Source: Nanobdellota archaeon (lineage in GTDB: Archaea; Nanobdellota; Nanobdellia; Parvarchaeales; Parvarchaeaceae). From it: 64,000 nucleotides of DNA. The DNA lies in the NCBI GenBank assembly GCA_021811735.1, contig JAJZNK010000025.1, positions 69,400-133,399 of the forward strand. The letters run 5' to 3'. This document shows positions 49,673-60,116 of this stretch, one piece after another; position 1 is the stretch's first letter, and each line of letters begins with the position of its first letter. The notes beneath the pieces are model-generated. The model searched no databases. It was given only the letters and a program-made list of their open reading frames with translations, and was not told the DNA's origin. Position numbers and translations under genes: made by a program.

Positions 49673-50077
49673 ATGCCTAAAAGAGTATCAGCACTGGTTA
49701 TACGGGATAACAAGGTGTTAATGGTGAAACTTAAAGAGCAAGACAGGTATATGCCGAGAGCATCTTGGGTTTTTCCATTTCTTGAATTAGGTGAGGAGAA
49801 CAGTCCAAGGAGAGAGATACTGTCTCTCATGCAGAAACTATCAGTTGAGGTCAGGTTAATCGGAAAGGTTTTCAACTACTATCCGAGCGAAAACCCTAAA
49901 CTGCATTATTTTTTATACGTTATGGACTACGTAAACGGGGAACCAGAAGTCCTGTCATTTTTCCAGAGTTACAAATGGGTACAGATTTCGGATATAACCT
50001 CCTACTCTACGTCGTTCATGGACAACAATGTATCAAAATTTCTGGAAGAAAGGGCAAGGCAGTACAGTACAAATTAA
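49673..50077 (+). CDS. NUDIX-fold protein (degenerate box)
   Basis: VSALVIRDNKVLMV, WVFP..LELGE, KWV. Confidence 0.65.
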   Translation: MPKRVSALVIRDNKVLMVKLKEQDRYMPRASWVFPFLELGEENSPRREILSLMQKLSVEVRLIGKVFNYYPSENPKLHYFLYVMDYVNGEPEVLSFFQSYKWVQISDITSYSTSFMDNNVSKFLEERARQYSTN

Positions 50078-50745
50078 ACGTACATATTCTGTTCTTCTTT
50101 CTTAGGTGGCTGACTTATTCTCTTTAACATGCTGTTTATTTGATTTAGAGTTTTTTTGTATTCTGATACAAGCTCAGAGGTGTCTACCTTTGTATCTATG
50201 AAGCTTTCTAGCACGGATATCAGCGCTGCAGCAGCAAGTCCATCAGGTATGTTAGCATGCGTTTCCGCCATCAATACAATAAAGGGTATTTTCATCTTTC
50301 TGCAAGTATGTGCAATAAAAGAGTTAAATCCCATCATAGCACCTTCCGGTAGTTTCTTGCAATTTCTAACCTCCTTTTCAGCATATGTACTCGCGAAATA
50401 AACGTCGCTTTTATCCTTCGACTCGTCGATAGCCAACCCATCAAGCGCTATTATCTGATCTGCCTTTTTCTCTTTATACAGCTCAAGTACTTTATTCGAC
50501 AATTCATTTACCGAGTTAATAGGCAAAGGTATCTGAGAAGTGATTATTGTGAAATTTTTTCCGTCAAGAACTCTTATTGGAGAAAGCATTTCTCCATCTT
50601 TTACGACTGAAAACTGCGAAAGCTCATCTATATCAATTCCTCCAACGTCCTTTACTACTCCCTTCTCTTCAAGAAATTTCGCGGCTAGAATTGATATATA
50701 TCCTGCAGTCTGAAATGCGGTTATCAGTTTGTTTTTTCCTGCCAT
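50074..50745 (-). CDS. Proteasome assembly chaperone (PAC2 family)
   Basis: IIALDG, LMAET..PDGLAAA, VDTSEL. Confidence 0.8.
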   Translation of the reverse strand: MAGKNKLITAFQTAGYISILAAKFLEEKGVVKDVGGIDIDELSQFSVVKDGEMLSPIRVLDGKNFTIITSQIPLPINSVNELSNKVLELYKEKKADQIIALDGLAIDESKDKSDVYFASTYAEKEVRNCKKLPEGAMMGFNSFIAHTCRKMKIPFIVLMAETHANIPDGLAAAALISVLESFIDTKVDTSELVSEYKKTLNQINSMLKRISQPPKKEEQNMYV

Positions 50746-50791
50746 TATTATCTTAAGACATCCTTGTTTAAATAAATGTTGTAAATCTTTT

Positions 50792-51616
50792 TTAAAGACC
50801 TACTACTCCAAGTACGGGGATATACCCTAGGTATATCAAAACTGTAATCGCAACAGGAATGATGAAAAACACTGCCCAATATATTTTGTTCCACATCCAT
50901 ACTTTATATCCATCTAAACCTATGAAGGATATTGAGCCTATCGGAAGCATATTGAAAGCGGCTAGATAAAAACTTATGAAAGTTCCCAAACCTGTTACAG
51001 TGTATCCAAATGCCGTAAGCAGGCTTATCGAAGACGTTCCTACTAGGTTATATATTAGAAAGAATAGTCCTAGAAATACAAATCCAGCGACTATATCTAT
51101 AAGCGGGCCAGCAAGAGATATCTTACCATACCTCTCTGTAAAGCCTTTAGGGTCTGTGTAAGGTTCCCTTGGATCCGGTTCAAATATAGTAGCACCAGGA
51201 AGCGCAAACACGAGTCCTACTAAGAGTGCCATGACTACTGCGAGCACTAGGAAAAATGGAAACATCCTAAATTGTGCTTCATATCCATAGCTTTGTGCTA
51301 TAAACTTGTGCATAAGTTCGTGCAGTATAAATGCGGCACCAAGCACTATGAAGGCTGCAAAAAAATAAAGCAAAAATCCACGGTTTTCAATAGGATAAAG
51401 CACTATTGCAAATGCAAAGCTAAGGGCAACCCATGCTATAAGTATATCTTCAATCTCTTTCATGGAGAACCTAGCAGCGAAGTTTCTGAATCTTTTTTTG
51501 TTTCCGGTTTCAAATCCAAGGTTGGATTTAAATGGTATAAATTCCCATGGTTTTTTCTTCCTGTATATTCTGACAGATGGATTTCCTCTCTTGACTATCT
51601 TCACATCTTTTTGCAT
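50792..51616 (-). CDS. M50-family Zn membrane protease
   Basis: HELMHK, PGA, LAGP, FNMLP..LDG. Confidence 0.9.
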   Translation of the reverse strand: MQKDVKIVKRGNPSVRIYRKKKPWEFIPFKSNLGFETGNKKRFRNFAARFSMKEIEDILIAWVALSFAFAIVLYPIENRGFLLYFFAAFIVLGAAFILHELMHKFIAQSYGYEAQFRMFPFFLVLAVVMALLVGLVFALPGATIFEPDPREPYTDPKGFTERYGKISLAGPLIDIVAGFVFLGLFFLIYNLVGTSSISLLTAFGYTVTGLGTFISFYLAAFNMLPIGSISFIGLDGYKVWMWNKIYWAVFFIIPVAITVLIYLGYIPVLGVVGL

Positions 51617-52389
51617 ATTCCTAATTCCAGCATCTCATCATATATATCTTCTAGTTCAGCTATTTCCAGGTAAAAAACCTTCTCTTTCAGAAGTTCTTTT
51701 TTCTTGTAAGCTACCAATCTCTCCCGAAGTTGGTCCTTAGAAAGGTTTAATGCGCTTCTGCTATCAATAAGTGCAGAATACATGTTCTTTTTCTTGTGCT
51801 GGAACAACAGTCTGGTAAATTTCAAAAAGCCCTCATCTACTATTATTTTTTTGGGAGTAAGTCGGATTATGATTGATTCTACCGCTGGTTTTGGCCTAAA
51901 AGAATTCTTGCTTACCTTCGAGATAAATTCCACTTTGGAGGTGTATTGTGTGAAAACAGAAATCATGGAATAGTCTCTTATACCTGGAAATGCAAGCATT
52001 CGTTCTCCAAATTCAAGTTGGTACATCAAAACGGCAAGACTATCCGGTCTTTTATTTAGAAAATATACTATCTTTTCTGTTATAGGAGAAGAAATTGCGT
52101 AAGGTAGGTTAGATATTATTTTATTTGCTTCTTTTGGGAATTCTATTTTTAATGCGTCTGCATTTATGAATTCTATATTTTTTAAGTCTATTAATGTCCT
52201 AGAAGAATCAAAGAGATTTGTATCAAGTTCAATAGCATAAACTTTTTTAACAAGTGGAGCTATTCGCTTTGTAAGTCTTCCGTCTCCGCTGCCTATCTCT
52301 ATCACTACATCGTCTTTTTCTAGTTCAGATGCATCGATTATTTTATTGAAGACATTTTCATCTTTTAGGAAAACTTTAGTATTGTTCAT
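51601..52389 (-). CDS. rsmA: 16S rRNA adenine dimethyltransferase
   Basis: EIGSGxGxLT, SNLPY, FRPKPAVES. Confidence 0.93.
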   Translation of the reverse strand: MNNTKVFLKDENVFNKIIDASELEKDDVVIEIGSGDGRLTKRIAPLVKKVYAIELDTNLFDSSRTLIDLKNIEFINADALKIEFPKEANKIISNLPYAISSPITEKIVYFLNKRPDSLAVLMYQLEFGERMLAFPGIRDYSMISVFTQYTSKVEFISKVSKNSFRPKPAVESIIIRLTPKKIIVDEGFLKFTRLLFQHKKKNMYSALIDSRSALNLSKDQLRERLVAYKKKELLKEKVFYLEIAELEDIYDEMLELGICKKM

Positions 52390-53525
52390 ACTAATATTTT
52401 TATGACTTGCCCGTTTTTAACCGGTGCGTCATTTTTTATTTTCAGCCCTGTGTCGCAGTCTATTGCACCTTTATAGTTTTTCGCTATATCTGAGTGTACC
52501 ATCGCAGCAACATCCTTTGGGTTTGATGTTCCTTTTACTAAGTAAGCATCAGGTAAAATTCTCCCGAATCCATCTGCAAGTTTCTTTTCATCCTCAACCG
52601 GAAAGACGGTTTTGTATCCCTTAATCCCAAAAACTAACCGGTTTATTGCCTCTTTCACACCAGTTCCACCATTCTTTTGTGTTATTTTTTCAATTATTGT
52701 TATTGCCCTTTCCTGATCTACGCTTAGGGGTTTTAGTCTCTCTATCTTAGAACCTGTTGATTTTATGAACCCTTTTTTCTCTGCTTCTTTTATAGTCAGT
52801 TCAGCCGCTGCCGAACACGGCATAAACTCATAATCAAATCTTTTTCTAAGTCTGTCTATCTTTTCGTTTATATCTTCTACCGAATCCATTTTATTGCATA
52901 GTATCAGCATCGGCTTCTCCTTCTTCATTATCAATGAAGCAAGTGCTATAGCAGTTTGTTCATTTATCTCCTTTACATTCAGTTCCTTCACCGCTGCCTT
53001 TACCGTTTCTAAACTAATGTTTACACCAGACAGGTTTCTAGATATTACTTCTGAGATCTCGTCTTTTCCGACATATCTTGATCTTTGTATTATAGACGCA
53101 AGCCATCTTTTGATTTCGTTATCGACCATTTCCACATCCTTTGCAGGATCGAAGTTCTTCGTCCGACCTCCGTCAGAATCCGTATTTCCGGAGATATCTA
53201 TGACTTCTATGATTGCATCTGCCTCCATTATCTCACTTAAGAATTTATTTCCCAGTCCTTTTCCTTCACTGGCGCCTTCTATCAGCCCTGCAACATCTAT
53301 TAGATTTATCGGCACAAGTCTTGTTCCGTCGACGCACGGTGCATTGTGCGGGTTACATTTTACGGAAAACCTTTTTTCAGGACATTCAATAGTAACATAC
53401 CCTACTCCTTTATTAGGTTCTATCGTTGTGAATGGTCTGTCCTCAATCTGTACTTCCTCGAGCGTGAGTGCCTTGAAAAGCGTGCTTTTTCCGACATTGG
53501 TTCTTCCTATTATCCCTATTTTCAT
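52386..53525 (-). CDS. Obg-family YchF-like ATPase/GTPase
   Basis: GRTNVGKST, PFTTIEPN, DVAGL, NKMD, TGS-like tail. Confidence 0.92.
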   Translation of the reverse strand: MKIGIIGRTNVGKSTLFKALTLEEVQIEDRPFTTIEPNKGVGYVTIECPEKRFSVKCNPHNAPCVDGTRLVPINLIDVAGLIEGASEGKGLGNKFLSEIMEADAIIEVIDISGNTDSDGGRTKNFDPAKDVEMVDNEIKRWLASIIQRSRYVGKDEISEVISRNLSGVNISLETVKAAVKELNVKEINEQTAIALASLIMKKEKPMLILCNKMDSVEDINEKIDRLRKRFDYEFMPCSAAAELTIKEAEKKGFIKSTGSKIERLKPLSVDQERAITIIEKITQKNGGTGVKEAINRLVFGIKGYKTVFPVEDEKKLADGFGRILPDAYLVKGTSNPKDVAAMVHSDIAKNYKGAIDCDTGLKIKNDAPVKNGQVIKILV

Positions 53526-53878
53526 ATTATGATAATAGCGCCGATTATTAAAGTAGGTATAAGAAATGATACAGTATATGCTAGAATTCGTTGCAAATCT
53601 GATTTTTCGGCTGAATAAAGAGTTGAAAGAACAATATTTATGACTATCAGTATGCCACCTGTTAAAAAATAGAATAAATTCAACGCTCCAAGCACAGTCG
53701 AAATTACTATTATTTCAGCTATTATAAGAGGGAAATTGAATATTTTTGTCACAAACAACTTTTTTGATAAAGTTTCTATTTCATCCTGCACAGTTATCCC
53801 TATCATATATCCAATTGGTATAGATATGGCTACAAGTACACTCAGTGCGATTTCCTGTGACAGTAAAATCATATTCAA
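53522..53878 (-). CDS. Small membrane protein
   Basis: 118 aa, about 4 TM helices. Confidence 0.65.
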   Translation of the reverse strand: MNMILLSQEIALSVLVAISIPIGYMIGITVQDEIETLSKKLFVTKIFNFPLIIAEIIVISTVLGALNLFYFLTGGILIVINIVLSTLYSAEKSDLQRILAYTVSFLIPTLIIGAIIII

Positions 53879-53937
53879 TTACTATGAGTAAACTATTATT
53901 TAAATATACAAATTCAGTCCATTATATATAAATTTAA

Positions 53938-55482
53938 ATGGAACAACCTTTGCAGAATGAAGAGATAAATGTAGAGGAAGAACAAGGGTTAGTGGCTTCT
54001 AACAGCATTTATGGTTTTTTGAGGTCAGGATCAAAGTTTTTCGTTTCATTTCTTATAAGTGTACTTCTAGTAAGGTTTTTGGGGCCTACGAATTACGGTT
54101 ATTATACAGTTGTAATCCTTTATTGGGGCTTTGCATCAACCCTGGCCGGAATAGGAGCAGGTGCGGTTGTTCAGTACGCAGTATCTAAATACCGGGCACA
54201 GAACTCGAACCATAAATTGATGTGGGTTGTTAAACATTACTTTTTCATCGTAACGGTGTCATCCCTTATAGCTTCTGTCGTTTTTTTCCTTCTTTCAGGA
54301 GTGATTGCGTCGATTTATCATTCTGCAGAAGTAGGCTATCTTATAAGGATATTGGCTTTTGGACTAGTGTTCTATTCAATTTCCGGTAATTTTACCGAAC
54401 CTTCTTTTATAGGTTTTCAAAAAATGAATAACAGTTTCATTACAGGCGTTCTTTATGATTTCCTTAGAATAGTGCAACTTGCCGTTATATACTTCGGTTT
54501 TGGGTTAGTGGGTGCGATAAAATTTTACGACGTAATATATCTTGTGATTTCAACGGTCGGGATTTGTTTGCTGTATCGTTCTATACGGGGATTTCCAAAG
54601 TCAGTGAAACCTGGGAAAGATGAAATAGCACATTTTTACAGTTACAGGAATTTTTCGTATATTATTTCAGTTATCTCACTTTCTTATGGGTCCGTTATAG
54701 TGCTTTTTCTAGGTGTAGTATCACCAAACATCTCTTCAGTAAGTTTTTACAGAGTTGGTCTCATAATGGCTGGAATGCTAGCCCTACCGTCTTCAGCAGT
54801 CGGTTCGGCATTTTTTGCTTCTATAACCAAATTTTTTGAAAAGAAAGATTTTGAAGGTTTTTACCGCATACAACATAGCCTTGTAAAATACTCGTTTATT
54901 CTAACCTCTCCGCTTGTTGTAGCCTCTATAATATCTGCACCACGCCTTATATCTTACTTGTATAAATCCTCTTTTTTGGGAGTGGAGACTCCATTTATAA
55001 TTTTGCTGGTTCCAGTTCTAATCTCAAGCATTTTTGGTCCGATGACTCAGATACTGAGTGCGACAGGAAAACAAAAATATACAATGTATTCTGTTGTGAC
55101 CGGGGCGATAGTGGGGATAGTTTTGATGGTCACGCTAGTTCCAAGGTTTTACGCAGTAGGTGCTGCGATAGCCTATTTCTCTGTGACAATTGCGACTCTC
55201 GCAATCAATCTTGTATTTGTATCAAAATACATAAAGATAAGGTTACCATATAAGGAGATTATGAGGAGCATTCTGGCACTTATAGCAATGTCAATTTTAC
55301 TTTACGTCATGTTGATCTTTATAAAACGACTAGCATATCTCCCCCTTATACTTATAGCTTCTCTCGTTTTCTATGCGGTTATGCTTTATTTGACTAAGAC
55401 AATAAATAGCAGCGAGATACGTTTTATAATAAAACTTGTGAAAGCTGATAAATTTGTCAGAATGTTTTATAAAAAGTATTAA
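53938..55482 (+). CDS. Polysaccharide flippase (Wzx/MOP family)
   Basis: RFLGPxNYG, 12-14 TM helices, GAAIA. Confidence 0.88.
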   Translation: MEQPLQNEEINVEEEQGLVASNSIYGFLRSGSKFFVSFLISVLLVRFLGPTNYGYYTVVILYWGFASTLAGIGAGAVVQYAVSKYRAQNSNHKLMWVVKHYFFIVTVSSLIASVVFFLLSGVIASIYHSAEVGYLIRILAFGLVFYSISGNFTEPSFIGFQKMNNSFITGVLYDFLRIVQLAVIYFGFGLVGAIKFYDVIYLVISTVGICLLYRSIRGFPKSVKPGKDEIAHFYSYRNFSYIISVISLSYGSVIVLFLGVVSPNISSVSFYRVGLIMAGMLALPSSAVGSAFFASITKFFEKKDFEGFYRIQHSLVKYSFILTSPLVVASIISAPRLISYLYKSSFLGVETPFIILLVPVLISSIFGPMTQILSATGKQKYTMYSVVTGAIVGIVLMVTLVPRFYAVGAAIAYFSVTIATLAINLVFVSKYIKIRLPYKEIMRSILALIAMSILLYVMLIFIKRLAYLPLILIASLVFYAVMLYLTKTINSSEIRFIIKLVKADKFVRMFYKKY

Positions 55483-55504
55483 TTGAATACCTCTATATAA
55501 TTTT

Positions 55505-56284
55505 ATGAAGTTAAACGTAAATGCCGTAGACTTGGAATTTAATGAAGACGAAAGAAAGCTTTTCGCCGATGGAAAGGAGGTCCCGTTCTCCGTAAGGAGC
55601 GTCGGTGAAATGAAAGATGTTATATTCAATAAAGAATTTATAACTTCTAAGAACAAAAATGATATAATCTATAGAATGTACCGCGGTGCTGGAGTAGACA
55701 AGAATTCAACGGTATTCTCCGCCCATAATATAAGATATGATATTACTGTGATAGAAAATTATGATTTGGGAGGAGAATTCACTAAAACGCTGGGCCATTA
55801 TCATCCTATGGTAAGGAACGGGCTTGCATACCCCGAACTTTATGAAATTATAAGTGGTGAGGCCGTTTATCTGCTGCAAAAGAAGAATGAAGATGGGAGC
55901 TTTGACCTACAACTGGTTCACGCGAAGAAAGGTGACAAGGTAATAATGCCACCGAATTACGGCCATTTTTCCATAAATATTGGAAGTGGCTTGCTTATAG
56001 AAGCAAACCTTGTAAATTCGACATTCGAGTCGGATTACAAATCGATACAGAAAATGGGCGGCGGAGCAATATTTTTACTTAGAAATGGTAACGCTGTACT
56101 GAACAGAGGTTACCGTGAAACTACATTAAAACACGGTGATGCGGAAAAGATACCATTTCTGGATTATTCAAAGAGTATCTACGACGAATATATCTCACAT
56201 CCAGAACATTTTATATTCTTAAATAAGCCGGAGTTCCTTCTTTCTAAGCATGATCAGTGGGATATAGAAACACAGAATTTTTAA
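55505..56284 (+). CDS. Cupin-type glucose-6-phosphate isomerase
   Basis: RYDITV, KTLGHYH, YPELYE, PPNYGH. Confidence 0.88.
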   Translation: MKLNVNAVDLEFNEDERKLFADGKEVPFSVRSVGEMKDVIFNKEFITSKNKNDIIYRMYRGAGVDKNSTVFSAHNIRYDITVIENYDLGGEFTKTLGHYHPMVRNGLAYPELYEIISGEAVYLLQKKNEDGSFDLQLVHAKKGDKVIMPPNYGHFSINIGSGLLIEANLVNSTFESDYKSIQKMGGGAIFLLRNGNAVLNRGYRETTLKHGDAEKIPFLDYSKSIYDEYISHPEHFIFLNKPEFLLSKHDQWDIETQNF

Positions 56285-56332
56285 ATCAGAAAGGTTTAAT
56301 ACTCATGAACAGTTGTTTTATATATTTGAATT

Positions 56333-59300
56333 ATGGCAGAAAATGATGCTTTGAACGATGTCCGTGATGCTGCCGCAAAAGAAGAACACAAATTAGAGGA
56401 ACAGATTAAAAAAGAGGAAAGAGAAGTGCGGCGGGAAGAGAAAGAGCTAAAAAAAGAAGAAAAAAGCATAGAAGCGCTTAAGAATGAGGAAGAAAAGCTC
56501 GAAAGAATAAGCGAGGAAGTCTCCAAAAAAAAGATAAGTGAAATCGAAATAGAACTTAATTTTTCTGGTCTTAAAAAGTTTGGGGAAACTGCTTATGATG
56601 TACTCATCAAGAAAAGAGTTCTTTTTTACATTTTGCTTGTTTTGGCCGTGACGGTCGGGTTTGGTTCGTTTATTCCTGGTGGATGGGCTGTGCATACAGC
56701 AAGTGTCCCAGCTCTGTTGAATCCTCTTCATTCAAATTTTTCAGTTATAGGTAGCAATTATCTTGGGATGGGAGGATCCCTCTCTGGTTTGGATCCGTAT
56801 ATCTTTTATATCCAGATGGAAAATGTACTGAAAACTGGAAATGTGCCTGTCATCAATTATATGCAATACTTACCACTAGGTTTATCGTCAAGAACGGACG
56901 AATTAATGGTTTCATTTTTTGGTGCATATTCTGCAAGGCTTATTGACCCTATGGTAAAAGGTGCAGTACCAATGACTTCTTTTATGTTTTTACCTGCTTT
57001 TTTCGCAGTATTCTCGGCGCTGCTTCTATTCTTGATTTTACTTGAGTTGTTCGGAGATTACTGGATGGCGAGCATAAGCGCTTTTATACTGCCTGCGTTT
57101 CTTACGTTTTTAAGTCGTTCGACCGCCGGATTCTCACAGAAAACTTCAATGGGATTTATGTTCATTCTTCTGGCCATATTTTTCCTGTCAAAATCGTTAA
57201 AGTCAAAAAGAACAAGGAGCAAAATGATTTACGGGCTGGCAACAGGTATTGCAACTGGTTTAGCGTCTGCAGCAAGCGGATACAGCGAGTATCTAATTTT
57301 GGTTATACCTATAATATATATTGTCATTATCCTCCTCGGATACGCAAAGAAAGGAGATATGTTTGCCTATTTGTTATTTGCTATATGGGTTCCAATAAAG
57401 GTCAGTTTTGTGACATTCACTTTTTCGGATGTAATACACAGCGCGCTTTATTATCCTATGCTGTTTTCTTATGTTCTGGTTCTCTTCAAGCTTCTAGTAT
57501 ATGACAAATATCATACGAAACTAAAAATTCCACTTGTAAGCAATGGGTTTTCGGTAGTCATATACGGCGCTATAATTTCATTAGCAGTTCTGGCGCTCAC
57601 TGGCCTAAACACGCTAAAGCATGCATTTCTCAAGCTCTCGTCTCAGTTCACACATCCTTTGGGTGTAGGAATAGTGAATCCAGTAACGCAGACAATAGCA
57701 GAATATGCCCCTTTAAATCTATCACAGAGAATTCAGGATTTTAACTTTTTAGTAGGTTCTCTAGGCATAAACTTCTTATTTTTCTGTGCGGGAGCAGGCA
57801 TATTATTATTTATTGTGTTAAAAAGGTTTAAGCACTGGTACATACCTTACCTATTTGGTGTTCCATTTATATTGATGTTGAATGGGGGAACATTCAGTTA
57901 TAATTCCAGCTCATACCTATTCCTTTCCGTGTTTTTAGCGCTCGAATTCATGCCTCTTGGTTATTTATTTTTACATAAAACTGAAATCGAGTCAAAAAGA
58001 ATCTTCAGCTTGGTAATCTTTCTTACTATGATTTCGCTTATAATGACTATAGTGTTATGGACAATGAATTCTTCCACCAATAATTATAAGTACGGTGCGG
58101 TGGCGTTGGTGATAATATTTGTACTAGAATTCGCATTTGATAAACAGCAAGATACAAATATCATATCTTTACTTGCTATAATACCATTTTTCTTTTTCAT
58201 TACAACGGTATTATTATCTAATGTAGAGAGTAGACTTCTTGAGCCAACAGAACTTGGAGCAGCCATAATAATACCATTTGCATTTGTTTATCTTTTCAGA
58301 GGCTCGATAGACATAGTTAAAAGATTTACTGGATCAACAAACACAAGAAACATCCTCTCAGCTGTAATAATCATAATAGCAATTGCCTTAATGGTAGCGG
58401 ATTTGCATTCAAGCCTTGTTTTGTCTTATCACGTTGCACAATCGAGTGGAAGTGGCCTTTTGCTCTGGGGTCCTACGATGCAGTGGATTAATCAGAATAC
58501 TCCCACTAATACTTCCATAATTTCGTGGTGGGATTACGGCTATTGGGAAGAAGCTATAGCAAATAGAACCGCGGTTGCAGATGGAAGTAATGCATATGGT
58601 TATCAGTCTATGATTGCGAAGTACTTCTTTGAAGCAACATCTCCTTACACTTATTCTACTTACCTTCATTTTATACACCAACCTACTTACGCCGTAATAA
58701 GCGGGAGCGAGATACAAAAGTTTTCAGCAATATCCACCATAGCTCTTAACCCAACCTCATTCACTCCGATGCAAGAAGTAAATGCAACAATTAATTCACA
58801 GAATATAGGAAACAAAAGCTACAAATACTTGATTTCATTCGGCGATACAAACGGTCAGATTGCTCCTCTTTATTCAAATGCGGCAGTAAAAGGTCTACCC
58901 GGAAACGCGAACAATGATCTTCTGGTCGAGGTGATGATACCTGTAAATGCTACAAATAATGGGGTGATAACCTCAACCGGCAGTCCTTATGGTGTATTAT
59001 ATAGCGAACTGACCGCCACATTCTCATCCCCAATGCCACTCGATTACAATTGTGTCTATAGTTTAGGTTGTAATTATGTTACCAATAGTGGTATCCCTGG
59101 AGCAGTCATGCTTCTCAACGCTACAAATTCGGTAAATCTTCACATTGGTGGAATACCACAGGCACCAGGGGGGTACAGCAATCTTCCGATAAATTTGTCA
59201 CAGTTTGGAAACGCCCCTTCATTGCTTTACATGCCGAATGAAACTTTGAACACTCTGTTTGATAAACTTTATCTTTTGAATGAAAGTGTTCCAGGTTTCA

Positions 59301-59530
59301 AACTTCTATATTCCGATAATTTACCAGTTAATTCTCTTTTGAGTATTGAAAATCAAGTTTTGACTAACATAAATGTCTACAAAATAAATTATACTGAATT
59401 AAGCAAGTACGTGCTCACTGGAGAATGCTCAGTTTCACCCTCCGCAGCCAATTACTGTGATAACTTAAACTATCTGCCAGTGGTTTTCGCAAACAATAGC
59501 AAACTTATAAATGATACTCCTATTAATTAA
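56333..59530 (+). CDS. aglB: Oligosaccharyltransferase AglB (STT3)
   Basis: DPY, TIAE, SWWDYG..ADG motifs, multi-TM N-half. Confidence 0.92.
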   Translation: MAENDALNDVRDAAAKEEHKLEEQIKKEEREVRREEKELKKEEKSIEALKNEEEKLERISEEVSKKKISEIEIELNFSGLKKFGETAYDVLIKKRVLFYILLVLAVTVGFGSFIPGGWAVHTASVPALLNPLHSNFSVIGSNYLGMGGSLSGLDPYIFYIQMENVLKTGNVPVINYMQYLPLGLSSRTDELMVSFFGAYSARLIDPMVKGAVPMTSFMFLPAFFAVFSALLLFLILLELFGDYWMASISAFILPAFLTFLSRSTAGFSQKTSMGFMFILLAIFFLSKSLKSKRTRSKMIYGLATGIATGLASAASGYSEYLILVIPIIYIVIILLGYAKKGDMFAYLLFAIWVPIKVSFVTFTFSDVIHSALYYPMLFSYVLVLFKLLVYDKYHTKLKIPLVSNGFSVVIYGAIISLAVLALTGLNTLKHAFLKLSSQFTHPLGVGIVNPVTQTIAEYAPLNLSQRIQDFNFLVGSLGINFLFFCAGAGILLFIVLKRFKHWYIPYLFGVPFILMLNGGTFSYNSSSYLFLSVFLALEFMPLGYLFLHKTEIESKRIFSLVIFLTMISLIMTIVLWTMNSSTNNYKYGAVALVIIFVLEFAFDKQQDTNIISLLAIIPFFFFITTVLLSNVESRLLEPTELGAAIIIPFAFVYLFRGSIDIVKRFTGSTNTRNILSAVIIIIAIALMVADLHSSLVLSYHVAQSSGSGLLLWGPTMQWINQNTPTNTSIISWWDYGYWEEAIANRTAVADGSNAYGYQSMIAKYFFEATSPYTYSTYLHFIHQPTYAVISGSEIQKFSAISTIALNPTSFTPMQEVNATINSQNIGNKSYKYLISFGDTNGQIAPLYSNAAVKGLPGNANNDLLVEVMIPVNATNNGVITSTGSPYGVLYSELTATFSSPMPLDYNCVYSLGCNYVTNSGIPGAVMLLNATNSVNLHIGGIPQAPGGYSNLPINLSQFGNAPSLLYMPNETLNTLFDKLYLLNESVPGFKLLYSDNLPVNSLLSIENQVLTNINVYKINYTELSKYVLTGECSVSPSAANYCDNLNYLPVVFANNSKLINDTPIN

Positions 59531-59532
59531 TC

Positions 59533-60093
59533 ATGAAAGTGATAGTCTCCGGTTTAACAGCCTCAGGCAAATCAAGCGTTTCTAAAGATATAGCATCTAA
59601 TCTAGGTATAGACTACTTCTCAGCAAGTTCCAAACTTAAAGAGATTCTTCCAAAAAAAGATTTCGAGGTTTGGGAGTCTAAAAAGGGGATAGACGCAGTA
59701 AAATTTAGGCTAAAATACCCTCAGTATGACAAAAAACTCGATTCGTTTATAAGCTCTCTATTTAAAAAGAGAAGTAACCTTGTAATGGACAGTTGGGTTG
59801 CGGCCTGGAAAATAAAGGATAAAAATATTATTAAGATCTACATAAAAGCAGATGAGAAAACAAGAGCATTACGTGTAGGAGTTAGAGATAGACTGAGCGT
59901 TAAGCAGGCGCTGGCGTTTATGCGGGAAAAAGACAGACTAACCCAACAAATCTACAAAAATATTTATGGGATAGAAATAGATATAGACTTTACTCCATTT
60001 GACTTGGTTATCGACTCATCAAATCTGGATTTAAAGGATACGATAAAATTATGTTTGGATTTTATACATAAACAGAAAAAGGTAAAGTTTTAA
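59533..60093 (+). CDS. cmk: Cytidylate kinase (archaeal type)
   Basis: SGLTASGKSS, IYGI, DLVIDS; adjacent to cbf5. Confidence 0.85.
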   Translation: MKVIVSGLTASGKSSVSKDIASNLGIDYFSASSKLKEILPKKDFEVWESKKGIDAVKFRLKYPQYDKKLDSFISSLFKKRSNLVMDSWVAAWKIKDKNIIKIYIKADEKTRALRVGVRDRLSVKQALAFMREKDRLTQQIYKNIYGIEIDIDFTPFDLVIDSSNLDLKDTIKLCLDFIHKQKKVKF

Positions 60094-60116
60094 TTCTTAC
60101 CTCGCAATTTAATAAA

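Noticed and set aside
49609-49875. N-terminal extension of the 185-aa minus ORF
   Set aside because: Overlaps the NUDIX gene antisense; a signal-like start at 49608 is more plausible
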